A DNA stretch of 64,000 bases, from contig MFIM01000028.1 in assembly GCA_001780725.1 (NCBI GenBank), positions 10,368-74,367 of the forward strand, read 5' to 3'. Made by a program: the position numbers and the translations under genes. Numbering within the stretch: the first letter of the stretch is position 1; each line of letters begins with the position of its first letter. Under the pieces are notes generated by a model. It was given only the letters and a program-made list of their open reading frames with translations, was not told the origin of the DNA and made no database searches. Positions 45,753 through 55,762 of this stretch are shown here, piece by piece. The stretch is from Candidatus Giovannonibacteria bacterium RIFCSPLOWO2_02_FULL_45_28. GTDB taxonomy: Bacteria > Patescibacteriota > Minisyncoccia > UBA11713 > 2-01-FULL-45-33.

Positions 45753-47165
45753 ATGAAGAAATTATTCTTGGCGGTTGTTTTGGCGGCGGCGGTTTTTTCT
45801 CCGCTGATTTCTCTGGCTGTAAATCCGGCAGTTACGTCATTTACCGTCTCCCCCGCCTACGGCCCGTCCGGTTATTTTTTCGCATTTTTGTGGTCGCTTG
45901 AAAACGCGTTCGGCTCCTCTTTTTTAATTCCGTGCATTCAGGGTATTAAATTAAAAAATTTAAGCGGCAGCGCTATCACTTGCGGCTCGCGAATTGCCTC
46001 GCAAGCCGCGGAAAATGACGGCTTGGGCGTCAAAATAATTAACATAAGCGGCAACCAAGTCAGTATTTCGGCGCGCGTGGTTCCAAAAGATTCTTCAAGC
46101 AAAGACTACGATGCGGGCGGGCAAACTCTTTATGTTTCGGTAAGCCCAAACCAGCAACCAATAGAAAAATTCACAACTTCAACCACTACTACAGTCTCCG
46201 GTAGCCCGATTACGATTTCGTGGAGCTCAACTGATTTGGATAACGTAAATTTATCCGTTGAATGCAAACCGGAAATAAAAGTATCTTCACCGACATATAC
46301 CGCTGGGCTTTATCTGCCTTGCGGCAAACCGGTTTTTCAACCCGATTTGGCAAAATCCGGCTCGCTTACGCTAAGTTTCAGCAATTCTTCGGTGGACGCT
46401 CTGCCACATACTCTCACACTTCTTCCGTCAATGGCGCCGGGCGTTTATAACGCTGTTTATTCGGCAACTATTACCATAACTGTCGCGTCTGATGTAGTGC
46501 CGGATCCTGTTGTTAATTATTTTACAACTTCTGCGCCTTCTACAGTTTACTCCGGCCAAATCATGCCGATTTCCTGGTCAACAGCAAACGCAAAAGGCGT
46601 GAATTTGAAAATTCTCTGCGCAAAAGACATAACGGCAACTTCTTCTAAAAATCCGTCGTCAATTTTGTCTTGCGATGCTTACGCTTTTGCGGACAATGAT
46701 CTTTTGCCTTCGGTCGGAAGCCTCAACCTTTCTTTTCAAAACAACGGAAGTTCGCTAAGCTCCATTAATATAAATCTGATTCCGGCGTTTAAAGCAAAAG
46801 TCGGATACGATGCCACAAAAAGCAAAACTTTGAGCGTGGAAATCCGGCCGAAAAGCTCAACTGGTGTGATAACTGCGCCGATTGTCCCATCTCCTACAAA
46901 ACCAGTGCCTGCGCCAACGGCACCGATCTTCCCAAGCGCCATAAGGCCAGTAGTGGCACCGCCCCCACCTTCGCAGAACCAATCAGCGCAGCCGCAGACC
47001 GCGCCTGCGCTTGGGCCAAAAATCTACGCGCCCGGTTCTTATGTTCCTCCGACAACAGCAGAGACCACAACAAAAAAAGATTATCAAATTACAAAATCCG
47101 TTCGTTCAAGATTTCTTTCCTGGATTCGTGAAGTATCCTTGATGGCCCTGTCTTGGTTTTATTAA
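45753..47165 (+). CDS. Secreted surface protein with three Cys-pair repeat domains, a Pro-rich linker and a C-terminal hydrophobic anchor
   Basis: A signal peptide and three ~100 aa repeats beginning F[TS]..SP/T and ending in paired Cys. The C-terminus has PxPxP-rich sequence and a hydrophobic tail. Confidence 0.55.
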   Translation: MKKLFLAVVLAAAVFSPLISLAVNPAVTSFTVSPAYGPSGYFFAFLWSLENAFGSSFLIPCIQGIKLKNLSGSAITCGSRIASQAAENDGLGVKIINISGNQVSISARVVPKDSSSKDYDAGGQTLYVSVSPNQQPIEKFTTSTTTTVSGSPITISWSSTDLDNVNLSVECKPEIKVSSPTYTAGLYLPCGKPVFQPDLAKSGSLTLSFSNSSVDALPHTLTLLPSMAPGVYNAVYSATITITVASDVVPDPVVNYFTTSAPSTVYSGQIMPISWSTANAKGVNLKILCAKDITATSSKNPSSILSCDAYAFADNDLLPSVGSLNLSFQNNGSSLSSININLIPAFKAKVGYDATKSKTLSVEIRPKSSTGVITAPIVPSPTKPVPAPTAPIFPSAIRPVVAPPPPSQNQSAQPQTAPALGPKIYAPGSYVPPTTAETTTKKDYQITKSVRSRFLSWIREVSLMALSWFY

Positions 47166-47171
47166 GTAAAT

Positions 47172-47690
47172 ATGGACTGGCCGCATCTCAAAGCTAAAAT
47201 TCGGGAAATACAGGATTTCCCGATGCCCGGAGTGAATTTTAAGGACATCACGCCGCTTTTGGAGGACAAAAACGCTTTTCAGGAAGCCATTGACGGCTTG
47301 GTTGGGTTTTTTCGTGACGAAAAAGTTGATAAGGTTGTCGGCATTGATGCGCGCGGATTTCTTTTGGCTTCCGCCGTTGCTTATCTTCTTGGCGCTGGCA
47401 TGGTGATTGTCAGAAAAAAAGGCAAACTGCCGTACGAAAAAATCCTGCGTGAACACGATTTGGAATATGGCCGCGGGTCACTGGAAATGCATACAGACTC
47501 AATTAAAAAGGGAGAAAGAATTTTAATAGTTGACGATGTGCTTGCGACCGGAGGAACAGTTGAAGCAGCAGTAAAACTGACCGAAGAACTCGGCGGCAAA
47601 ATCATCGGCCTCGGATTTCTTCTGGAAATCCCGTTGGGCGGCAGAGAGAAGTTGAAAAATTATAATATAAAGTCTTTAATTAAATATTAA
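47172..47690 (+). CDS. apt: Adenine phosphoribosyltransferase
   Basis: The PRPP-binding motif ILIVDDVLATGGT. Confidence 0.9.
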   Translation: MDWPHLKAKIREIQDFPMPGVNFKDITPLLEDKNAFQEAIDGLVGFFRDEKVDKVVGIDARGFLLASAVAYLLGAGMVIVRKKGKLPYEKILREHDLEYGRGSLEMHTDSIKKGERILIVDDVLATGGTVEAAVKLTEELGGKIIGLGFLLEIPLGGREKLKNYNIKSLIKY

Positions 47691-47762
47691 GGGCGCATAG
47701 CTCAACGGCAGAGCGACCGCCTTACACGCGGTAGGTTCTAGGTTCAAATCCTAGTGCGCCCA
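47691..47762 (+). tRNA. tRNA-Val (anticodon TAC)
   Basis: Acceptor GGGCGCA/TGCGCCC, anticodon loop CTTACAC and T-arm CTAGG-TTCAAAT-CCTAG. Confidence 0.8.
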
Positions 47763-49343
47763 TTATCTGATCTTCGGCAATAAATCAACGCCGGTCATGT
47801 CGGCGGGTTTTTTGAGCCCCATTATGCCTAAAAGCGTGGGTGCGACGTCGGTAAGCACGCCTTTTGTTTCTGTGTAGCGCGAAAAAATTTCAACATCGGG
47901 GCGCGGCTTTTTATTTTTTAAATCCTCTGCAATCACAAAAAGCGGCACAGGGTTGGCGGTGTGTTTTGTGCGCTTCTCGCCGGATGCCGAATAAGCCTTT
48001 TCTTCCGCATTTCCGTGGTCAGCGGTAATTATCAACGCTCCGCCGACTTCCAATATTTTGCTTGCCAATCTGCCAATTGAAAAATCCACTGTTTCAATTG
48101 CTTTGACGGTCGCCTCAAAATTTCCCGTATGCCCAACCATATCGCCGTTGGCAAAATTTACCAAAACAAAATCATATTTAAGAATATTTTCCAGAATTGT
48201 GTCGGTAATTTTTGCCGCAGACATCTCCGGAGTCTGGTCAAAATGCGCAGACCTTGGAGACGGCACCAAAATTCTTTCTTCGCCGGAATAAGGAGTTTCT
48301 TTGCCGCCGTTAAAAAAATAAGTAATGTGGGCATATTTTTCCGTCTCGGCGATGTGAAGCTGCAAAAGCCCAGCCTCAGAGATAACTCTGGTAACAGGCC
48401 ACGAAACATCAAGCGGCGGAAAAGCAACGGTGACCGGGAAGCGCTTGTCATACTCCGTCATCGTCACAAAAAAAAGATTATTTATTTTTTCCCGCGGAAA
48501 TCCGGAAAAATCATCCGAAACAAACGCGGAGGTAAGCTCGCGCACCGAATCTTCCCTGTAGTTATAGAAAATCACCGCGTCTCCAGCTTCTATTCGCCCG
48601 TCTTTTTTGTCCGAAGCGGCCGGCGGGATTAGTTCGTCAGTTATTTCTTCAGCATAAGATGATTCGGCGTACTCGGCCGCGTCTTTAAATTTCAGGCAAT
48701 CGCCAGCCGTTAGGCACTTGTAAACTTTTTCAATCCGATCCCAATTTTCATCTCTGTCCATGGCAAAATTGCGGCCGGACAGGGTCGCAATTTTGGCAAA
48801 AGGATATCGCACGCCGATTCTTTCTTCCAGTTGCCGCACAAATGCCGCAGCTTCTTTGGTCGGCGCGTCTTTGCCGTCGGTGAATAAATGCAAATAAACG
48901 CGCTCCAGTTTTTGGCGGCTGCAAAAATCCAAAAGAGCATAAAGGTGATCCGGGTATGCATGCACCGAGCCCGAAGAAAACAAACCCATAAGATGAAGCT
49001 TGCCTGTCTCGTCGTTGCCCCTTTTCACAAAATTAACAGCATCTAAAAATGCCTGATTTTGGAAAAAAGATCCGTTGTGAATTGATGTAATGATTCGCGG
49101 GAGATGGTGATAGAGGGGTTTACCGGCACCAATAGTAAGGTGTCCGACTTCGGAGTTTCCCTCTTCTCCCCACGGCAGACCTACCGAAATTCCGGAGGCC
49201 TGCAAGGTCGTAAAAGGATACAGTTTTTCTAATTCGCGAAAAGTCGGCATTTTGGCATATTTCCAAGTTGATTCCGGATTTGAAATATTCACCCCGAATC
49301 CGTCCAAAACCGCAAGAACGACCGGTTTATATTTTTTCGCCAT
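47763..49343 (-). CDS. gpmI: 2,3-bisphosphoglycerate-independent phosphoglycerate mutase
   Basis: An N-terminal VLAVLDGFG and a C-terminal ITADHGNAE. Confidence 0.9.
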   Translation of the reverse strand: MAKKYKPVVLAVLDGFGVNISNPESTWKYAKMPTFRELEKLYPFTTLQASGISVGLPWGEEGNSEVGHLTIGAGKPLYHHLPRIITSIHNGSFFQNQAFLDAVNFVKRGNDETGKLHLMGLFSSGSVHAYPDHLYALLDFCSRQKLERVYLHLFTDGKDAPTKEAAAFVRQLEERIGVRYPFAKIATLSGRNFAMDRDENWDRIEKVYKCLTAGDCLKFKDAAEYAESSYAEEITDELIPPAASDKKDGRIEAGDAVIFYNYREDSVRELTSAFVSDDFSGFPREKINNLFFVTMTEYDKRFPVTVAFPPLDVSWPVTRVISEAGLLQLHIAETEKYAHITYFFNGGKETPYSGEERILVPSPRSAHFDQTPEMSAAKITDTILENILKYDFVLVNFANGDMVGHTGNFEATVKAIETVDFSIGRLASKILEVGGALIITADHGNAEEKAYSASGEKRTKHTANPVPLFVIAEDLKNKKPRPDVEIFSRYTETKGVLTDVAPTLLGIMGLKKPADMTGVDLLPKIR

Positions 49344-49465
49344 AGATTGGCTTCATTGTAGCACGCCGTACGCGGTTGACTCCAGAAACAGGATTTGCTA
49401 GAATCTGGTTATAAAGATGTCAAACATGTTATTAATCTTAAAAAAGATAGAAATAAACAAAATTT

Positions 49466-50992
49466 ATGACTATACTTACGCTTGTAAAAGCGGCTATTGT
49501 GCTTGTAGCAGGCACGGCCGCAGGTTACTTTCTGCGCAAACTAATCGCCCAGCAGCGAAAGGATACTTTAGAGCTTAAAGCTAAGCAAATATTACTGGAT
49601 GCCAAGGAAAACGCCCAAAAAGCTTTGGACGAGGCCAAAGCGCGCGCCGATAAAATCTTGGCGGAGGCCAAAGAGGAAGAAAAAAACCGCGAAAGAGAAC
49701 TTCGGCGTACTGAAGAGCGCCTTGCGCACAAAGACGAAATTTTGGAAAAAAAATCCGCAGAACTGGACAAAGAATCCGAAAACCTGCAAGAAAAATTTGA
49801 AAAGGTGAGAGCGATGAAAGAGCAGCTGGAAAAAATAGAGGTTGAGAAAAAAGAAGAGCTCGCCAGAGTGGCAAAACTTACGGAAGAAGAAGCCAGGACT
49901 AAACTGATTGAAGATGTGGAGAAGAAATACGAAAAAGACATTTTAGCCAAAGTCCAAAAAATAGAACAATTCGGTCTGGAAACATTAGAAAAAAAGGCTC
50001 GTGATATTTTAGCTTCCATTATCCAGCGTGTTGCCTCTTCCACGGCCTCGGAAGTCACCGTGACTTCCGTCGCAATACCGTCTGATGATCTGAAAGGTAA
50101 AATTATCGGCAAAGAAGGCCGCAATATCCGCGCGTTTGAACGCGCCGCCGGAGTAGAACTCATTGTTGACGATACGCCGGGGGTAATTTTAATTTCAAGT
50201 TTTGACCCGGTGCGCAGGCAAATCGCGCGAGTAGCGTTGGAAAATTTGATTTTGGATGGGAGAGTCCAGCCGGCGAGGATTGAGGAGATGGTGGAAAAAG
50301 CCAGAGTTGAAATTGAAAAAATAATAAAAGAAGCTGGAGAAAAATCAGCTTACGAAGTGGGGGCGCTGGATGTTGACCCGAGGCTCCTCATGCTTTTGGG
50401 GCGGCTTAAATTCAGGACTTCCTACGGGCAGAATGTTCTTCAGCATTCAATTGAAATGGCGCACATTGCCGGGATGCTGGCTTCGGAGCTTAAAGCGGAC
50501 GTAGCTATCGCAAAAAAGGGAGCGCTTTTGCACGACATCGGCAAGGCTGTTGACCATGAAATTCAGGGAACGCACGTTGAGATTGGCCGGAGAATCTTGC
50601 AGAAATTCAACGTTGACCAGCGCATTATCCAAGCGATGCAATCGCACCACGAAGAATATCCTTATGAAACATTGGAATCAATTATTGTGCAGACGGCGGA
50701 CGCGATTTCGGCTTCGCGCCCCGGAGCACGGCGTGATTCTGTTGAGAATTATTTAAAGAGACTGGAAGACTTGGAGGGTATTGCGAATTCGTTTGCCGGA
50801 GTTGAAAAGTCTTATGCGATTCAGGCGGGGCGCGAGATAAGAGTTTTCATAACTCCGGAAAAAATTACCGATTTGGAAGCCAAAAAAATGGCGAGGGACA
50901 TTGCCGACCGTATTGAATCCGAATTAAAATACCCCGGAGAAATCAAAGTGAATGTGATAAGAGAACTCCGCGCAATTGAATACGCGAGGTAG
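49466..50992 (+). CDS. rny: Ribonuclease Y
   Basis: An N-terminal TM segment, a coiled coil, a KH domain (GKIIGKEGRNIRAFE) and an HD domain (ALLHDIGKA). Confidence 0.9.
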   Translation: MTILTLVKAAIVLVAGTAAGYFLRKLIAQQRKDTLELKAKQILLDAKENAQKALDEAKARADKILAEAKEEEKNRERELRRTEERLAHKDEILEKKSAELDKESENLQEKFEKVRAMKEQLEKIEVEKKEELARVAKLTEEEARTKLIEDVEKKYEKDILAKVQKIEQFGLETLEKKARDILASIIQRVASSTASEVTVTSVAIPSDDLKGKIIGKEGRNIRAFERAAGVELIVDDTPGVILISSFDPVRRQIARVALENLILDGRVQPARIEEMVEKARVEIEKIIKEAGEKSAYEVGALDVDPRLLMLLGRLKFRTSYGQNVLQHSIEMAHIAGMLASELKADVAIAKKGALLHDIGKAVDHEIQGTHVEIGRRILQKFNVDQRIIQAMQSHHEEYPYETLESIIVQTADAISASRPGARRDSVENYLKRLEDLEGIANSFAGVEKSYAIQAGREIRVFITPEKITDLEAKKMARDIADRIESELKYPGEIKVNVIRELRAIEYAR

Positions 50993-51011
50993 AAATTAAA
51001 AAGCCGGAAGA

Positions 51012-51419
51012 TCAATCTTCCAGCTTGATTTTTAACCACCAAGCTCCTTCCACCCACTTCTCGCTAACCAGTGCTGTGTATTGGCCAGCTTTGATGTAAA
51101 AGCATTTTTCGCCGATTTTTTCAGAAAGATCAGCAAGCATTTTTAAGAGCTTGGGAATTTTTTCTTTTCCTAGAAAAGATACTTCGTATTCCGTCAAATC
51201 ATCTATCTGACCCTTCCAATGGCCGCGGATTCCGGAATGCCTCACAGTGAAGGCCTCGAAATTTTTTTTAAGAAACTTTTCGAGATATTTCTCAACGGTC
51301 GCTTTTCCAACTTTAACCTGTAGCTTGCCTATTGGCACAAGAAACACCGCTGGCCTTCCCAAATCAATAATTTCATAATCATCCGATTTTTGAAAAGCTC
51401 GCCATTTGCTTTGTTTCAT
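51012..51419 (-). CDS. Hypothetical protein
   Basis: A 135 aa ORF with no family assignment. Confidence 0.4.
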   Translation of the reverse strand: MKQSKWRAFQKSDDYEIIDLGRPAVFLVPIGKLQVKVGKATVEKYLEKFLKKNFEAFTVRHSGIRGHWKGQIDDLTEYEVSFLGKEKIPKLLKMLADLSEKIGEKCFYIKAGQYTALVSEKWVEGAWWLKIKLED

Positions 51420-51557
51420 ATTACCAAAGCCCCTCTCTATAAAAAGATAACATATAATCTATAGCATTGTCAACAGCGCGTACAGTTAACCTTATGAGGT
51501 GACAATCTTGCGCGATTGGGGTGACAAAGGTTAACCATCCCGCAGGCAGGTAAAATG

Positions 51558-51642
51558 TGCCCGAGGTGGGAGTCGAACCCACACGACCTTGCGGTCACAC
51601 GATTTTGAGTCGTGCGCGTAAACCAATTCCGCCACTCGGGCT
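51558..51642 (-). tRNA. tRNA-Leu (anticodon CAA)
   Basis: On the minus strand: acceptor GCCCGAG/CTCGGGC, anticodon stem CACGA/TCGTG with loop CTCAAAA, a long variable arm and T-arm GTGGG-TTCGACT-CCCAC. Confidence 0.75.
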
Positions 51643-51683
51643 TATGTATTTACAAATTTCTTTGTTTTGTTATTTTAAACATA

Positions 51684-52535
51684 ATGGACGAAAAAATCAA
51701 TAAAGTTAAGGAATCCGTTTTTTGGATAGAGCTTGAGAAAATAAAGCCTAATCCTTTTCAGCCGCGCCGCGAATTTGACGAAGCGACTTTAAAAGAGCTT
51801 GCAGAGTCTATCCGCGAATACGGCGTTTTGCAGCCGATTGTTGTGACAAGAAAAGAGGTGGTCAGTCCCGATGTGGTATCAGGATCCGTGCTTGCTGTTG
51901 AGTACGAACTGCTCGCCGGAGAGCGGAGGTTAAGAGCCGCCAAAATGGCTGGCATTCATCATATCCCGTCGGTAATTAGGGAAGAGACGACCGACAAAGC
52001 CAAATTGGAAATTGCGCTTATTGAAAACCTTCAGCGCGAAGATTTAAATCCAATTGATAGAGCTTTGGCGTTCAAAAAATTGGTTGATGAGTTCGGAATG
52101 CTGCAAAGAGAAGTTGCCGGGAGGGTTGGAAAAAGCAGGGAAGTCGTTGCAAATACATTAAGGCTCTTGACGCTGCCGGAGGATATGCGGCAAGGGGTTG
52201 CAGTTGGAGCAATAACCGAGGGGCATACGCGGCCACTTCTTATGCTTGCTGGGCATCCGGAAGACCAGAAAAATCTTTATACGAAAATCGTGGCAGACAA
52301 ACTTTCTGTCAGAGATGCCGAGTTGGCAGCTAGAAATATCGCAAAAGATCGCGCCAGAGCTGCGCTTGATCCGGAAACGCGCATGCTTCAGGAGAAGTTG
52401 GAAAACGCGCTTGGCACACGGGTCAACATCTCGCGCAACGGCCCAAAAGGCAAAATCTCAATAGAATTTTTTTCTGAAGAAGAACTCAAATCCATTTCCG
52501 AACGCATCGTCCCGCCAGCGGCTATGATGGCTTAA
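51684..52535 (+). CDS. parB: ParB/Spo0J chromosome partitioning protein
   Basis: The ParB box LLAGERRLRAAKMAG and an HTH region. The ORF-track start at 51612 overlaps the tRNA; ATG 51684 is used instead. Confidence 0.85.
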   Translation: MDEKINKVKESVFWIELEKIKPNPFQPRREFDEATLKELAESIREYGVLQPIVVTRKEVVSPDVVSGSVLAVEYELLAGERRLRAAKMAGIHHIPSVIREETTDKAKLEIALIENLQREDLNPIDRALAFKKLVDEFGMLQREVAGRVGKSREVVANTLRLLTLPEDMRQGVAVGAITEGHTRPLLMLAGHPEDQKNLYTKIVADKLSVRDAELAARNIAKDRARAALDPETRMLQEKLENALGTRVNISRNGPKGKISIEFFSEEELKSISERIVPPAAMMA

Positions 52536-54240
52536 GCTTTTCTTTTATAGCAACGCTTTCCACGTTTTTAATTTGGAGTAAAGCCATGAGGATTTTAGAG
52601 TCCGGCATGGTCTTTTTCGGATGAAAACCGATAACGATGCGATGGTGGTCACGGGAAAGCGCCCCAGATTTTGTCTCGGTGATATTAATTTTTAAATTGG
52701 AAAACGCCGAGGAGATATCCCGCAAAAGCCCGACACGGTCTTTCACTGTGATTATTGCTTCAAAAATCTCCTTTTTCTTCGGCGGTGTGCCTTCTTTCAG
52801 CCCAAGCTTGCGCAAAAACGATCTTATGCGGTTTTTGGCCAGAGATGTTTTGGCAAAATCTAGCCAATCAGCTGTCGGCCTTTTGTTTTTTTGCGTAAGA
52901 ATTTCTACTGTATTGCCGGATTTCAACTGATGCGAAAATGGTACCATTTTGCCATCCACTTTCGCTCCGGACATATGGTCCCCGATCTCGGAGTGCACGT
53001 GGTAAGCAAAATCAACCGGCGTGGCGCTCTCCGGCAGATCTACCACCTCGCCTTTCGGAGTCAAAACAAAAATTCTATCCTTAAAAAAATCAATTTTGAG
53101 CGCGGAGAGTGTTTCAGAAGATGATTCGCCGGCATGCTCGCGCTGCCATTCCTGGAGCTGGCGCACCCAAGTAAATCTTTTATCATCTATTTTTTTTGCT
53201 TGTTTGCCAGAGGAATCGTAAAACCAATGGGCGGCAATACCGCTTTCTGCTTCCTGATCCATCGCCTCCGTTCGCATTTGAAAGTCTATTTTCTTTTTTT
53301 CCGGACCGAAGACTGTAGTGTGCAGCGATCTGTATCCATTGGGTTTCGGCAGTGCTATATAATCTTTTATCCTGCCTGGCATTGGCCGCCAAAGTTTGTG
53401 GATAACTCCGAGCGCGCGGTAGCAATCTTCATTATTTTTTAAAATAATTCTCATAGCCACCAGATCAAGAATCCTGTCAAAATTCATTTCGTACTTAACC
53501 AGTTTTTTCCAGATGCTGTAAAGATGTTTTGCGCGATATATTATTTTGATCGGTTCAACACTTTCTTTTTTAAGCTCCATCTCAACGATTGGTTTTAATC
53601 TTTCCAGATATTTTTCTCCTTCTTCGCGGCGATGCTTAGTTTGGCTGGCTACCCATTTGTATTCTTCGGGATAAATATACGGAAATGCCAAATCTTCCAA
53701 TTTGGCTTTTGTTTCCCACATTCCGAGCCTGTCCGCAAGCGGGGCGTACAGCTCCAGCGTTTCTAAGGCGATCCTTTTTTGTTTTTCTTGCGGAAGATAA
53801 GACAGGGTTTCCATGTTGTGCATCCTGTCCATTAGTTTTATGATGACAACCCTGATGTCTTCGGCGAGAGCCAAAAACATTTTCCGCAAAGATTCCACGG
53901 CGCGTTCAACGCCTTTGTATTGAACGCGCTCAACTTTAGTTAAAGCCTCAACCAAAAAAGCAATTTCTTCGCCGAATTTGTTTTTTATTTCTTCTATTTT
54001 TATTCCTTGATTTTCCATCACGTCATGCAAAAGCGCGGCGGCAACAGCATTTGCGTCAAGCCGCAAAAGAGCGGCGTTTAAAGAAACTGCAATCGGGTGA
54101 GTTATATAAGGTTCGCCTGACTCCCTTTTTTCTCCGGCGTGCGCTTCGGACGCGAATTCAAACGCCGATTTTATAGTAGCGATTGCGCCATTTTTATATC
54201 CAAGCTCACGCAATTTTTTTTCATATTCCTCCCAAGACAT
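52522..54240 (-). CDS. relA: RelA/SpoT-family (p)ppGpp synthetase/hydrolase
   Basis: An HD hydrolase domain (HPIAVS...LLHDVMEN) and a synthetase domain (YRSLHTTV), with a C-terminal regulatory region. Confidence 0.85.
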   Translation of the reverse strand: MSWEEYEKKLRELGYKNGAIATIKSAFEFASEAHAGEKRESGEPYITHPIAVSLNAALLRLDANAVAAALLHDVMENQGIKIEEIKNKFGEEIAFLVEALTKVERVQYKGVERAVESLRKMFLALAEDIRVVIIKLMDRMHNMETLSYLPQEKQKRIALETLELYAPLADRLGMWETKAKLEDLAFPYIYPEEYKWVASQTKHRREEGEKYLERLKPIVEMELKKESVEPIKIIYRAKHLYSIWKKLVKYEMNFDRILDLVAMRIILKNNEDCYRALGVIHKLWRPMPGRIKDYIALPKPNGYRSLHTTVFGPEKKKIDFQMRTEAMDQEAESGIAAHWFYDSSGKQAKKIDDKRFTWVRQLQEWQREHAGESSSETLSALKIDFFKDRIFVLTPKGEVVDLPESATPVDFAYHVHSEIGDHMSGAKVDGKMVPFSHQLKSGNTVEILTQKNKRPTADWLDFAKTSLAKNRIRSFLRKLGLKEGTPPKKKEIFEAIITVKDRVGLLRDISSAFSNLKINITETKSGALSRDHHRIVIGFHPKKTMPDSKILMALLQIKNVESVAIKEKLKPS

Positions 54241-54299
54241 GTATTTACACTCTAGCGCGCGGTTTTGAGATTGACAACTTTACTGTATTAGCTAGAGTA

Positions 54300-55364
54300 A
54301 TGGAAGATTTTGGAAGGATTATGAAATTCACCGACCCATTGCCACATGAAGCCGAGATCATTAAGAATTACGAATATCTCGAAAAGTATCTACCCAAGCT
54401 TTTGGGAGAGCGAGTTAGAATTGACGAGAGAGCTTTGGGGAATTATGCATTTTCGCTCGGACTTAGAAAGAAAGTTGTTGAGCATTGGACAATACCAGGA
54501 ATGTATCCGTTAGATGACATGGCTTTTGCCAGGTTTATATTTTGGACGGGACTAGTCAACTTCGCGTATTGGCTTGACGGCAATCCGGAAGGAAGAAAAA
54601 AGTTTGAATTTGAAAATCCAAATGGGAAACCTTTTAGTGGCGCATTCGCACTGGATAAATGCTTTTATCGGGCTTTCGGAGAGCGCGCAATAACCTCGGA
54701 TATGATTGAGCCGCATTTTGAGTCCATGGAAAAAGCCCGCATTTTTTTCAAAGGCCTTTGCGACATTCCGTTTCTGGAGTGGAGATATTGGAATATGCGC
54801 GAGGCTCTGGATGTTTTAAAAAAACATTTTAACAAAGATCCGATTAATATTTACGAGGAGGCACGGTGGGATGTGAAAAAACTTGTTGCCTTGCTTGTTT
54901 TGCGGTTTCCTTTGGCTTTCGGCGGGGATGTTACTACTCTTAATTTATACAATACTTCCCCTAAAGCTTCCGGACACAAAATTCTTAGCTTCCCGTTTTA
55001 TAAATTAGCGAAACTTTTGCCGGTTTTGTATCAAGGTAGGGCGCTAAGACCCGGCAGTTCTTTGAGCAAACTCGTCAACACCGAAACCATCGTTGCAATA
55101 TGTGATTATGAGGTTCCGAAAGCCCTGCGGCATGCCGGCGTTTTGGTTTACGGAGAAGAATTGGCACAAAAAGTTGATACTGAAAAAGTTATCCATAGGC
55201 ACAGCTTGGATGAACTGGCAATCAGGGCCGCCAACACCGTAGCTAACTACGAAATTCTGAAGCGCCTTGAAAACTGGGACATTGTTGCGTTGGATTTCGC
55301 CCAATGGTCTTCCGGTAAGGCATCCGCAAAACCGCATCATCGCACCCCAACACCGGCTTATTGA
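54300..55364 (+). CDS. Hypothetical protein
   Basis: 355 aa. TTGACA then 16 nt then TAGAGT lies immediately upstream, so the mRNA may be leaderless. Confidence 0.45.
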   Translation: MEDFGRIMKFTDPLPHEAEIIKNYEYLEKYLPKLLGERVRIDERALGNYAFSLGLRKKVVEHWTIPGMYPLDDMAFARFIFWTGLVNFAYWLDGNPEGRKKFEFENPNGKPFSGAFALDKCFYRAFGERAITSDMIEPHFESMEKARIFFKGLCDIPFLEWRYWNMREALDVLKKHFNKDPINIYEEARWDVKKLVALLVLRFPLAFGGDVTTLNLYNTSPKASGHKILSFPFYKLAKLLPVLYQGRALRPGSSLSKLVNTETIVAICDYEVPKALRHAGVLVYGEELAQKVDTEKVIHRHSLDELAIRAANTVANYEILKRLENWDIVALDFAQWSSGKASAKPHHRTPTPAY

Positions 55365-55443
55365 TCCCGCACCTTTTATCAAAGGTGCTGGATTGACAGC
55401 CGGTTTTTTGTCCGCTAGCTTTGAGGAAGAGAGGAGAATTGAG

Positions 55444-55752
55444 ATGGAAAAATGGTGCGGGAAGCATGTTCCTGATTTGACTGGGTGCTGCGCAGTACAC
55501 TACACTGGGCTACGAGAACTTCATGACCATGAGCTGAAGGCAACTTTCTTTATTGGGGCCGTGTTTTATTGTCCCGAAATCGGCTGTGATTTTTTTGATT
55601 TGGATGTTGATGATGATGTGGTTGTAAAAGATGTGTTTGGTTTGAATAAATTTGGTTTGAATAAAGCGTACGGCCGCGCCATTTTAGACAATGTGGTGCG
55701 CATCAAAATTCTTTTTCACAAGCTTGGCCAGCGCGAAGGAGACGGAAAATAA
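55444..55752 (+). CDS. Small Cys-rich hypothetical protein
   Basis: A strong SD GAGGAGAA, then ATG. 102 aa with six Cys. Confidence 0.35.
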   Translation: MEKWCGKHVPDLTGCCAVHYTGLRELHDHELKATFFIGAVFYCPEIGCDFFDLDVDDDVVVKDVFGLNKFGLNKAYGRAILDNVVRIKILFHKLGQREGDGK

Positions 55753-55762
55753 TAAAATGATT

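Noticed and set aside
51612-51683. Upstream extension of the parB ORF.
   Set aside because: It overlaps tRNA-Leu(CAA) on the opposite strand. The ATG at 51684 gives a normal ParB N-terminus.
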